A stretch of DNA of 24,360 bases from a virus (taxonomy: Duplodnaviria > Caudoviricetes): positions 1 through 24,360 of IMG/VR virus record IMGVR_UViG_3300025818_000181. One strand, written 5' to 3'. Below, one piece after another: positions 8,537-17,383 of the stretch (its first letter is position 1; each line of letters opens with the position of its first letter). A program made the translations under genes and the position numbers. The notes beneath the pieces were generated by a model. That model did no database searches, had not been told where the DNA came from, and saw only the letters and a program-made list of their open reading frames with translations.

Positions 8537-11201
8537 TTGCTCTTTCCTTCGCTAAGTTCAAAGCCGTTTCAATCATTTGATTGCTATGAGGGATCTTTTC
8601 TTTTCGCAGATAAGCACGAACCTCGCTTGCTGTAACAGTATCAATGTCAAAATCATTTTCTATGATACGCATTATTTCGGTTGTCGCTCTATTGCGATCT
8701 TTTGAAGATGATTTGTCATAATCCCTCAAATCAAATCCCGCGTCTTGATCTTTTGCTTCTCGCAACGCATTCATTACGGAAACATAACTATCGTATTTGA
8801 AGCCATTTTCATTAAACACGTTGACAAAATGATCTACTGTTCTTTCTTGTATTTTAGGATCATCGGACATTACGCCGACCATCCATCTATGAGCCTGAGC
8901 TGATTGCGTTTCTGGGTCATAGTTTAATGGGTCAAACGCCTGGTCTTTCGGCGCTTCCTGTACGACAGGTTCACTTTTTTCTACACGAGGCTGGGCTTTT
9001 CTGCGAGAAGCTTTGATTAGTTCCTCAGCTGTAAAGTTAATATCGTTGCCATCTGGATCCGTAATGATTGCGTAGCCGCTTTCACCATAGTTGCCGTACA
9101 CAACTCCATAGACAATCTTGCCATTGCGCCGACCCAACACTTGTAAGTTATAGTTATCGTCTGATGTAATATCATCAAACGTTTCCTGATCGATTGTACC
9201 TGAGGACGTTGCAATCTCTGCAAAGTTATCGATCGTGATCGTTTCCAGGGCAGTTTCTATTTCATCTGGGGATCTATTCGGCGGCAACAATGTAGGCGTA
9301 CCGCGTACATCCTGGACGCCACCCTTGCCAGTTTTGGGGTTATATCCTGTTGCTACGTTGACCGCTTTTCCCCAAAGATCGCTGTCATAAGACTTGTCCA
9401 CCTTACGAGATAACACTTCGGCATAGTATGCCAGGGCAGTATCCTTTATATTCTTTTTCAGCTCGGCGTTCAGGCTACCAGGTAGTAACTCATACGCTGC
9501 GCCCAGGATCCCATACATTTCTGCCTCAGCGCTTTGCATATCTGCGCCTTCGATCGGATTGCCATTCTGCGCAATCTCCTCGATCCCGTTCATAATGATC
9601 TCAGCTTCTGGGCCGATCCCATCACGCATAAGCCCAGCAACATGCATAGCCACTGGCGCATCTGGCGCAAGTTGTTGTAGTACAGCTGGAGCAAATTCGC
9701 CAAACTGTTCCGTAATTGTGTTGATTGCTTGCATCCGCTCAACGGCAGATCCGCGATTTAGGTAAGGCGCATAAGATGCTACCTCAGCGGGCGTTAGCAA
9801 TTTCATCGGGCCTGTCAGCTCATAGTGGCCTCGAACCGCCACGGCGCTTTGTATTCGCTGCGCCACGCCCGTTTGTCCAGATTGTACAGCTTGGGGAGAC
9901 AGGTCGATAGGAGCAATTTTGACCGAACCTGTGGTGGACGCAAAACCTATTGGATCAGTTTCAAGTTGCTTCTCCATGTTGGCCTTGAAGCCACGCAAGA
10001 ACTCTAACCCAAGCTGCTCTCTTGGCTGGATACCTGGGCCACCAAACTGGTCGCCTTGCTCCAGCATCATTATCATATCGTCAACACCTTTGACGTTTGC
10101 GACACCTTTTACCGCTGTCGCTAATCCCTGGATGTATTGCAGATCCTCAATGCCTTCTTTTAGCTCGGCTTGTTCAACACCCCCCATAGAAGGATAAGCC
10201 ATTTCTGCAATTTCCATAAGTTGCTCGATCGAGCCTGTTGGCAGTGTCTGACCTTCCTGGATCCGACTTGTGTAGTCAGTGACCAGGGCGCCCGCTTGTT
10301 TGCCATATTCCCCAGCAATGCGGGCTTGCTTTTGTTCTTCAGCTGTTGGCGCATCGATGTAGTCAGCTGCCCCGCCATACTTTTTCAAAATCGCAGCTTG
10401 CGAATTTAGATCTAGTTTGCTGAGAGCGTAGAATGCCATCTGACCATCGCCAGCTAGGGACGCATCCCCGTCACGCAATGCCTGGCGCAATGCCTCCAGG
10501 GCTTTGCTCGGTGTTTCAGATCCATTAATATACCGCGACACTTGCATGTCTACAGCGCCAACGACCACTGCCAGCTCTTGTTTTTTCAGCGCATCTGGGT
10601 TGCCCAGGCCAAGAGATCCCAAGCGAACGCTATCAACCCCAAAGTTGTTTAGTGCTAGGTCGAACTCCTTAACGTCATTTGCCATGCCCGCTGTTGTCAT
10701 TGTGCCTTGAGCGCGCGCAGTACGCGCAGCCTGGTTAGCCTGGTCGATCTTCTGATCGATTGTGCCACGCAAACGGAACCTATGAGTAAGCTCCATTTGG
10801 TTAAATCGATCAGTTAAGATCCTACGAGCTTCACGATCTTTAACATCTTCGAGGAGCTTTTCGCGCGCGAGTGTAGAGGATTGAGACCAAAGCCCCTCCT
10901 CCTCTTTGCCGCCTTCGTTGAAAACATCGCGCAATTTGCCAGTTTCGATCTGTGACAATCTCCGCGCTTCTTCGCGCAAGGCTTCTTCGCCAGCAATGAT
11001 CTTTTCGTTGATCTGCGTTTCCCTGGCAGCTTTGTATCGTGTGGCTGCAAATTCACCAGCTTGCCGCGCAAACTCTTTGACAATACCACCCTCAGCTTGC
11101 GCCTGTTGGATGAACGGCGTTGCGCTCATGCGCGCACGAAAGCTACGTCCTGGCGCTTCGCCTGTCGGGGTAGAGCTTACACGATAAGTAGGAATACGCA
11201 T
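8529..11201 (-). CDS. Internal virion (ejection) protein, T7 gp15 position equivalent (890 aa)
   Basis: Long helical, Cys-free ORF after the gp14-like gene; N-terminal MRIPTY is of the kind seen in this slot. Function from synteny. Confidence 0.72.
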   Translation of the reverse strand: MRIPTYRVSSTPTGEAPGRSFRARMSATPFIQQAQAEGGIVKEFARQAGEFAATRYKAARETQINEKIIAGEEALREEARRLSQIETGKLRDVFNEGGKEEEGLWSQSSTLAREKLLEDVKDREARRILTDRFNQMELTHRFRLRGTIDQKIDQANQAARTARAQGTMTTAGMANDVKEFDLALNNFGVDSVRLGSLGLGNPDALKKQELAVVVGAVDMQVSRYINGSETPSKALEALRQALRDGDASLAGDGQMAFYALSKLDLNSQAAILKKYGGAADYIDAPTAEEQKQARIAGEYGKQAGALVTDYTSRIQEGQTLPTGSIEQLMEIAEMAYPSMGGVEQAELKEGIEDLQYIQGLATAVKGVANVKGVDDMIMMLEQGDQFGGPGIQPREQLGLEFLRGFKANMEKQLETDPIGFASTTGSVKIAPIDLSPQAVQSGQTGVAQRIQSAVAVRGHYELTGPMKLLTPAEVASYAPYLNRGSAVERMQAINTITEQFGEFAPAVLQQLAPDAPVAMHVAGLMRDGIGPEAEIIMNGIEEIAQNGNPIEGADMQSAEAEMYGILGAAYELLPGSLNAELKKNIKDTALAYYAEVLSRKVDKSYDSDLWGKAVNVATGYNPKTGKGGVQDVRGTPTLLPPNRSPDEIETALETITIDNFAEIATSSGTIDQETFDDITSDDNYNLQVLGRRNGKIVYGVVYGNYGESGYAIITDPDGNDINFTAEELIKASRRKAQPRVEKSEPVVQEAPKDQAFDPLNYDPETQSAQAHRWMVGVMSDDPKIQERTVDHFVNVFNENGFKYDSYVSVMNALREAKDQDAGFDLRDYDKSSSKDRNRATTEIMRIIENDFDIDTVTASEVRAYLRKEKIPHSNQMIETALNLAKERASE

Positions 11202-11207
11202 TTATTA

Positions 11208-11732
11208 TCACCCAAACATATTTGTTTCGTAACCAATCCGCGCAGCGGATCCCAAACCAGAGATAAGGCTTGCAGTACCCTGGGCGCGCAATGCCGCAGC
11301 TGATGCACCAGCTTCCATCCTGGATAGCTGTGCTGTAAGCCTGGTGTCCTCTTGCGCATCGTTGATCTGCATGTTGGTGACATAGTTGTTAAACTTGTCC
11401 ACCGTGATCTCGTATTCTAATTCGCGCGCATTCTCGCGCAAAACTTGCATTGGCGTTCCCTGGGAAATATCCACCCCTGCGAATGCATAGTTAGCCACAA
11501 CCTCACCCTGAACTTTGCGGAACTGCATCCGCTTGCGTTCATTCGAGATAAGCAAGTTATTGTTAATGATGGTACGCTGGTTTTCCAGCAAGTTTACATC
11601 GCGCTCAATAACCTGGGCGTTAAACTCACCAACCGCTCTTGCGGCCTCTGCCGCTCGATTAGCCGCAGCTGCCTCGGACGCACCGCCGATCAGCTGGGAT
11701 CCAGCCATTATGAATGGGAGCGATTCAGCCAT
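11208..11732 (-). CDS. Small internal virion protein, T7 gp14 position equivalent (174 aa)
   Basis: Ala/Gln-rich with Gly-rich hydrophobic ends and a central FAGVDISQGTP motif; follows the GNAT gene. Confidence 0.72.
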   Translation of the reverse strand: MAESLPFIMAGSQLIGGASEAAAANRAAEAARAVGEFNAQVIERDVNLLENQRTIINNNLLISNERKRMQFRKVQGEVVANYAFAGVDISQGTPMQVLRENARELEYEITVDKFNNYVTNMQINDAQEDTRLTAQLSRMEAGASAAALRAQGTASLISGLGSAARIGYETNMFG

Positions 11733-12160
11733 TTTGCGTACCTTTCATAATCCGAACCATCTGGCCCGTACTTTTTCATTGTTCCCTCGCTTTGAAAGCC
11801 CAGGAACTTAGCAAGCTTGTGTGCATCGACGAAATCAGATCGCACAACCGCTTGCACTCTATGCAATTTCAAACGCTCGATCGCCGCGTCTAACTCGCGC
11901 CGAACCAATCGAACTGTCTGTATTTTCTTTTGACGCATATCCTTAGTCGGCAAAAACCAGGCTTCCGCAACGCCATCCCATAACGGCGCCAGGCCAGTAA
12001 CAGCATAAACATCGCCGCCATCGAGCAATGCTAGTCCACGACCAGGCATTGTGTAGACAGGCAAACTAGAAAGAACCAACCCCATCTGAGACTGGTTCTG
12101 TCTAGGCGCTCTTTCTGCAACATGCAGTACGTGTGATCTGGTCAAGGGTCTAGCTATCAT
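11708..12160 (-). CDS. GNAT-family acetyltransferase-like protein (T7 gp13 position)
   Basis: GVAEAW, LHRVQAVV and AHKLAKFLGFQSEGTMKKYG resemble RimJ/RimL-type GNAT motifs; usual position after tail tubular B. Confidence 0.8.
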   Translation of the reverse strand: MIARPLTRSHVLHVAERAPRQNQSQMGLVLSSLPVYTMPGRGLALLDGGDVYAVTGLAPLWDGVAEAWFLPTKDMRQKKIQTVRLVRRELDAAIERLKLHRVQAVVRSDFVDAHKLAKFLGFQSEGTMKKYGPDGSDYERYAKWLNRSHS

Positions 12161-14160
12161 TTGTCAAACGTATTCATTCGTGGGTACAGCGCCAGGACTG
12201 TCAAAGGCAGGGGCTGCGTTTGTTGCAAGTATAGCCTATCATCGTCGTCAAAACCACCAGGAAACTCAATCTCTTTGTCACCAGTGAACAATGGCACAGC
12301 TTCATCCATGTTCATTGAGCTATCGCGGAAAAAGATCCTATCGATTTCGCCGCTATCATTGCCAACCTCGACACCAACTGTCTCGAACAAACGAACCGTA
12401 ATGCCGTGGATCCGCTTCGGTTTGCCTTGGCTTACCCCATCGCTAGATCCGCTTTCGATCCGCAAGGTCTGCATCGAGCTTGTGTATCCATAGCCTACAG
12501 CTGCGCTGGTTGCTGAGAAATCGAGCGTGATTGCACCGCTTGACACGGTTTTGTCTGGATGTGACGCGCCATTGGCAAGTACAGAAACTGTATCACCTTC
12601 TAAATGATACAGCGAACTAAAGCCTGATACAGAGCTGCCAGAATAAACCAGGCCACTATCTACAAAGAATGCAGACGTTGTTGCGCCACCAAAGTCAAAG
12701 TTTTTCATAACCTCGACGTAGCGCATAGTTGCGCCATTGATTGTGCGTTTCACAATCATATAAAGCTCATCATTGCCCGTATCTGTCGGCAGGGTGGCAA
12801 TGCTCTCGACTACTGCCTGACCGCCACTAAACTCGCCACCGATCACATGCTTATGCCAAGCAACAACGTCCTCCTCTCGACGGTACGTTAGACCGACAAG
12901 AGTACCATCACTGCGCACAGCCCAAACAATATTCTCAGGCTCCTGTTGATACGCAAACTGTTCCAGGCCACCTTCGGTTATGTGTTCTGCTAGGACGGTA
13001 AGATCTGGCGCCTGGTAGCCCGCTGTATCTACTTCACCAACATACTTAAACTCACGCACCTTTCTTTCGCCACGTTGCAAAAACAAGGTAACATCAGCGA
13101 CCTGGACAGGCTCAGTATTCGCAGATCCATAGTTAGAATACTTGCGGATTACTGTAGATGTTGGCGTAACAGGCCCATTATTGGTTGTTGTAAGCACATA
13201 TTCACCGCCCGAAGTGCCGATTGTAAGCACTCGCGTAGGCGATAAGTACCGAATACTATTCACCTGGTTAGACGCAATCGTGTAGATTAGCGCATCATCA
13301 GCCGCTGAACCTGTTGTGAAATTCAAATAATCCGCGTTTTTAGAAAACCAGATTGTTTGTGGATTGTTGTTTGTTGCCGCAAATACCAAACGCTGTTCAA
13401 AAAACGTAACCACGCTTGGGTAATTATCAGATCCTGTTAGCGCTGGGCTGGGCGATCCTGTAATTGTTGCTGTCGCAAACGTCCAGGCATTGTGATTTGT
13501 CCTGGACAAAGTGCGAATTGCGTAGCTTGGATGAGCAAAATACATAACATCCGCTGATTGCGCAAAGCGCAAATCAAATACGTCCGCAATCGCATAAGGC
13601 GTAGTTTCCTCATAGATCTTATCAACAGATCCCCCAGAGGTGTACGCAGTAAACCCTGTCGTATCGATGTCGTTGCCAAAGAGATCTTGCAGGGTAAATG
13701 TGTTCGTTGTGACGTTTGCAATGAGATAGTTGCGCCCATTCAGCTCGGTCATACCGCCTACGCTATCCAGGTAAATTTCATCACCATTGCTGTAGCCGTG
13801 GCCTGATATTGTAATAACACCAGGATCCGCTTGTGTTGCACCAGTAATTGTTTGCGAAGATCCCTCCAGAACTTGCAAACCATTGCGGAAAACCCGCATA
13901 TACTGATCGCCAAACTCCAGGATATATGTGTCTGTCGTTTTAAACTGAAACGGAATTAGCCTGGTCTTATCTGCGCTGTCTTTAACCGCTCCCAGGTATT
14001 CTGTGCCAGGACGCCGCGTTACGCCACCATGTGGTTGCACAACCATATTGGTCAGATCCGATAGGCCAGCACGATACTTTTCTAAAGAAACACGCCCTTC
14101 CAGGCGCGGAGAGATCTCGCCAGCTGTAAATGTACTGAGCGAAGGAGCTGAACGGGCCAT
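12157..14160 (-). CDS. Tail tubular protein B / nozzle (667 aa)
   Basis: N-terminal FTAGEISPRL...NMVVQPHGGVTRRPGT, YPSVVTFFEQRLVFA, AQSADVMYFAHP and VVAWHKH; position after tubular A. Confidence 0.9.
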   Translation of the reverse strand: MARSAPSLSTFTAGEISPRLEGRVSLEKYRAGLSDLTNMVVQPHGGVTRRPGTEYLGAVKDSADKTRLIPFQFKTTDTYILEFGDQYMRVFRNGLQVLEGSSQTITGATQADPGVITISGHGYSNGDEIYLDSVGGMTELNGRNYLIANVTTNTFTLQDLFGNDIDTTGFTAYTSGGSVDKIYEETTPYAIADVFDLRFAQSADVMYFAHPSYAIRTLSRTNHNAWTFATATITGSPSPALTGSDNYPSVVTFFEQRLVFAATNNNPQTIWFSKNADYLNFTTGSAADDALIYTIASNQVNSIRYLSPTRVLTIGTSGGEYVLTTTNNGPVTPTSTVIRKYSNYGSANTEPVQVADVTLFLQRGERKVREFKYVGEVDTAGYQAPDLTVLAEHITEGGLEQFAYQQEPENIVWAVRSDGTLVGLTYRREEDVVAWHKHVIGGEFSGGQAVVESIATLPTDTGNDELYMIVKRTINGATMRYVEVMKNFDFGGATTSAFFVDSGLVYSGSSVSGFSSLYHLEGDTVSVLANGASHPDKTVSSGAITLDFSATSAAVGYGYTSSMQTLRIESGSSDGVSQGKPKRIHGITVRLFETVGVEVGNDSGEIDRIFFRDSSMNMDEAVPLFTGDKEIEFPGGFDDDDRLYLQQTQPLPLTVLALYPRMNTFDK

Positions 14161-14765
14161 TAGAACCTCGCTTCGATAAAGTCGTTAGCCTCAATGCGCT
14201 CTGGTGCGCCCTCGGTTGCATCCTGGAACGTAGCCTCTTTTAGCTTACGATCGTAATCCGCAGCTGTAAGTTGCCGCATTGTTGTGGATCCTGTGATCGC
14301 ATACGAGATTTCATATGCTAATCTTGCCGCCAATGTCTCGATCAAACCCGCATCATATTGCTGAGGATCGGTAATCCTGGCAACATATTTGATCCGCGCT
14401 GTACCTTCGTCCGTAAGAAGCTTACGGCCCTCAATGATAAACGCTGGTGTATCACTGTTGCTGCGCATGTTGTCAAAAGGGAACGTCAACGTGCCGTTGC
14501 TAAACTCTAACACCCGCAAGCAATACGGATTAGTCGGCAGGGAATACTGGTACGCATAGCCGTATGTAGGGCTATCTGTTTCCTGGGGAAGCTCCGCTCG
14601 ACGTATCAGGCAATTCCAGGGATGAGAGCGAAATACGCTATCACGTACTGCATCATAGCGCTGATTGACAATGCGCGCTGGTTTGCTGTTTTCATCCAAT
14701 GTTGTGATGTTCGACGCACCCAAGGTGTTAAGCGCATAGTTTGCAATATCAACGGTACTTGTCAT
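14160..14765 (-). CDS. Tail tubular protein A / adaptor (201 aa)
   Basis: MTSTVDIANYALNTLGA, RDSVFRSHPWN, YAYQYSLP and FIIEGRKLLTD; position after capsid genes. Confidence 0.88.
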   Translation of the reverse strand: MTSTVDIANYALNTLGASNITTLDENSKPARIVNQRYDAVRDSVFRSHPWNCLIRRAELPQETDSPTYGYAYQYSLPTNPYCLRVLEFSNGTLTFPFDNMRSNSDTPAFIIEGRKLLTDEGTARIKYVARITDPQQYDAGLIETLAARLAYEISYAITGSTTMRQLTAADYDRKLKEATFQDATEGAPERIEANDFIEARF

Positions 14766-14780
14766 CCGCTATCTCCATGT

Positions 14781-14809
14781 AAAAGAGGGGGCGGTTTCCC
14801 GCCCCGCTC
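14781..14809 (-). terminator. Intrinsic terminator after capsid and cement genes
   Basis: Minus strand GAG-C-GGGGCGG-GAAA-CCGCCCC-CTC-TTTT directly after the stop at 14813; same position as T7 Tphi. Confidence 0.85.
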
Positions 14810-14812
14810 AAT

Positions 14813-15274
14813 TTAGTCTACCACATACATGATGGTCAGCTCAATGGTGCCAGTGCCAGCTGCACCGCCCATTGTTACTGTGATTGCCACGCCATCCTCG
14901 TTTGTGTCTGTCTCTGAGCCTGAGCCTAGAGCTAGAGTAGCAAGAATGTCGTTCTTTGCCGCAGATGTTGACGCAGCTGCCGCTTTGTAAGCCGCCGCAG
15001 ACGCAGACACAGCTGTACCAGCCGCGTTTACGTGTGCTGCATAACCTACAGACAATGTTGTTGATGCACCCAGCGCATCATGCGCAAGAGTACCTGTCAA
15101 CAAACGAGCGCCATCAGGCAAGACAAACATCTCGATAACGTCACCAGACGCCAGCGCAGATGCCTCGTATGTGCCATGAGCTACGCGGATACGTCCACTA
15201 AGCTCATTTGCTTTGTTCATCACGGCTGGTGTTGCGCGTGAATTTGTGCGTTGTGCTGAATATACAGTAGCCAT
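14813..15274 (-). CDS. Putative capsid cement/decoration protein (153 aa)
   Basis: Ala-rich, beta-rich ORF with TAAGGAG RBS directly after the capsid gene and before the terminator; positionally like BPP-1 Bbp16. Confidence 0.62.
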   Translation of the reverse strand: MATVYSAQRTNSRATPAVMNKANELSGRIRVAHGTYEASALASGDVIEMFVLPDGARLLTGTLAHDALGASTTLSVGYAAHVNAAGTAVSASAAAYKAAAASTSAAKNDILATLALGSGSETDTNEDGVAITVTMGGAAGTGTIELTIMYVVD

Positions 15275-15289
15275 TTGTCAGTCTCCTTA

Positions 15290-16150
15290 TTATTCGCTAC
15301 ACGCGATTTCAACGACTTTGGCTTCTTCCATACGTGTCGCACCTACTGATTGACAGTAGTAAACTTGCGTTGCGTATGATTTGTCTGCACGTTCATCAAT
15401 GCGCGCAGAAGGCTCTTTGCCGATTGCACACTTGATACCGTCTGCCGCAAACGCGATAACCTGGCGATCACCAGATCCATCGGTTGTTAGACGGTTGCTT
15501 ACATGGAAGTTGAAGCCAACGAATGTGTTGATTTCACCCATAGCCAACGCTTTCACAGTGTTGTAGTCGCTTGATGTTACAGTCGTGTTGTTCAACAGGT
15601 CTGAGATCTGCTTCGGTGAGCAAACAATGTGACGAGCGATTGACGGATCAACGTTGCCCTCATCCAAGATCTGCTTCGCCTCAACCAACTTAGCAATCGT
15701 CAAACCAGATGATGCAACTGCAATCTTTTGGTCTGATGGAAGTACTGTGTCAGATGAGCCATCTTTACCTGTTTTGGCTGTGCCTAGTGCCGCTGCGATG
15801 ATTACATCATCCATTGCGCGACCCATAGCAGCTGCCGCTGCACGGCTGTAAGTTGATGTCGGATCTACCAACAAACGAACTTTGTCCTGATCGTCGATCA
15901 GATCCGCATATTCGTAGTCAGACATTGTAACCATACGGCGTGAATGTGGTGTGTCCACAATCGGTGTATCCGCATGGCGCGATGTGCGTAGGACAGCTGC
16001 CGCTGAACCCACTTGGTCAAAGAAAGCTTTTTCGCCATTAACACTTTCTACATCCACCGCGTTACGCAGCAGAGAACCCATTTGCTGTGACAGCATTTGG
16101 ATGTTTGCAGAAAACTGTTGGACAAAAGCTGTAGTAATTTGAGTAGACAT
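15290..16150 (-). CDS. Major capsid protein (286 aa)
   Basis: MSTQITTAFVQQF, LSQQMGSLLR, AAAAAMGRAMDDVII, TSSDYNTVKAL and GATRMEEAKVVEIAC; AGGAG RBS; follows scaffold. Confidence 0.9.
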   Translation of the reverse strand: MSTQITTAFVQQFSANIQMLSQQMGSLLRNAVDVESVNGEKAFFDQVGSAAAVLRTSRHADTPIVDTPHSRRMVTMSDYEYADLIDDQDKVRLLVDPTSTYSRAAAAAMGRAMDDVIIAAALGTAKTGKDGSSDTVLPSDQKIAVASSGLTIAKLVEAKQILDEGNVDPSIARHIVCSPKQISDLLNNTTVTSSDYNTVKALAMGEINTFVGFNFHVSNRLTTDGSGDRQVIAFAADGIKCAIGKEPSARIDERADKSYATQVYYCQSVGATRMEEAKVVEIACSE

Positions 16151-16191
16151 TTGCCTAATCTCCTAGCTTGTTACAGTTTAAATTGCTGCGC

Positions 16192-16282
16192 TTGGTTATC
16201 CTTTTCAGGGCCAATGCTACGGCTAAGGGCCGCTAATCCACTTGACGCACAAGTTTGCGGTGTGGGCCTCTCGGTTATCCAC
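16192..16282 (-). promoter_or_regulatory. Structured mRNA element between scaffold and capsid genes
   Basis: Two GNRA-capped hairpins with the same AUAA/C internal loop (16262-16282 and 16192-16214), plus small hairpins between them. Confidence 0.6.
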
Positions 16283-17162
16283 TCGCATAGCCACGCAAGC
16301 GCAAGACTTCGGCAACTGCCGCGTCATGCTCAGGGTGTCCAGCAATAGTATACGGCGTATTAGGCCGCATGTGTTCTGCGATACGCTGCCGCGCTTCTTG
16401 CGGACTCATCACAAAATCTGTAGGCTCTCCGACCAGGCTATCCTCGCCTATTATCTCAGCGATCTTTGCAAACGCCTTAACAACTTCGGGATGATCGCCC
16501 AAAATGCGACCATCAGCTAACTGGATCTGGTTAAACACCTCTGGATCTTCCATAACTGTTTGACCAGCGGAGCGCGCCATATTCAATCTAGCCTCAAAGT
16601 TTGGCCCAAATTCCTGGCGCAACTGTTGTTCGCCCTGGAACCTGGCCTCCTCTGCGCGTTGCTCAAACGCTTGTAGGCCATTCGTTACTTGTTCCTCATA
16701 CAAACTTGCCACTGCCTGGGCTTGCTTGTTTGATAATCCCATCTCATACGCCTTGTTTCTGAAAGCCTCGAAAGAAATATCGTCAAAGATTTCAGTGCGA
16801 TCCAACTCATAGTTTGCTGGATCTGTAGGCGCCCCCAGCTCCTGGTAAACCGCGCGGATCTCATCATCCGTAGCGTTTGGCCCAGGCTTTGCAATCTTGT
16901 TTGCGCCTATAAGTTTTTGTGCGTTGAGATGAGTTTTTGCAAAATCATTCAATGTTTCCCACTTATTGATAAGCGGGTTTTGTCGATAGACCTCATCAAG
17001 ACCGTCCATCCAGCTCCCTTGTGGCGCCACTTCTGGCGCGGGCGCTGCAACTGGTTCTGCCGCAACAGGCTCTGCCATTACTGGCTCGGCTGCTACTGCC
17101 TCAGCTGCAACTGGTTCAGCGACTTGTTGAGATCCTGTATCTAGGGTTGTCTCCTCGCTCAT
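16275..17162 (-). CDS. Capsid scaffolding protein (295 aa)
   Basis: Acidic, with a low-complexity N-terminus, LAK-like FAKTHLNAQKLIG, GLSNKQAQ, LRQEFG and LGDHPEVVKAF; lies between portal and capsid. Confidence 0.82.
   Translation of the reverse strand: MSEETTLDTGSQQVAEPVAAEAVAAEPVMAEPVAAEPVAAPAPEVAPQGSWMDGLDEVYRQNPLINKWETLNDFAKTHLNAQKLIGANKIAKPGPNATDDEIRAVYQELGAPTDPANYELDRTEIFDDISFEAFRNKAYEMGLSNKQAQAVASLYEEQVTNGLQAFEQRAEEARFQGEQQLRQEFGPNFEARLNMARSAGQTVMEDPEVFNQIQLADGRILGDHPEVVKAFAKIAEIIGEDSLVGEPTDFVMSPQEARQRIAEHMRPNTPYTIAGHPEHDAAVAEVLRLRGYASG
17046..17120 (-). repeat. Five imperfect 15-bp repeats (AEPVA pentapeptide) in scaffold N-terminus
   Basis: AEPVA-AEAVA-AEPVM-AEPVA-AEPVA in the translation. 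Confidence 0.8.
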
Positions 17163-17170
17163 AGTATTTC

Positions 17171-17383
17171 CTATCTAGGTTCTTGTTCCTCGGACAACAT
17201 TCTGACGATCGTAAGCACAGCGGCTCGTTGCCCTTCCTGGAACGCGGATTGATGTGGATCGCCAGAAACGAAAGTGGTTGTCTCAAAAGAGAACCTTCTC
17301 TTGAGATCACTCAGTACTTGCTCCCCATCATCGTTATTGAATGTACGTCGATAGGCGAGTTTTAATTCTTCTATTTGCTTCAT
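17171..17383 (-). CDS. Small conserved head-module protein, Bbp19-like (70 aa)
   Basis: AYRRTF...GEQVLSDL...AFQEGQRAAV pattern; ATGA overlap with the portal stop. Confidence 0.72.
   Translation of the reverse strand: MKQIEELKLAYRRTFNNDDGEQVLSDLKRRFSFETTTFVSGDPHQSAFQEGQRAAVLTIVRMLSEEQEPR

Noticed and set aside
15275-15300. Possible capsid read-through or frameshift into the downstream gene (T7 10A/10B style)
   Set aside because: Double TAA TAA stop, no slippery run, and the next gene has its own strong RBS.
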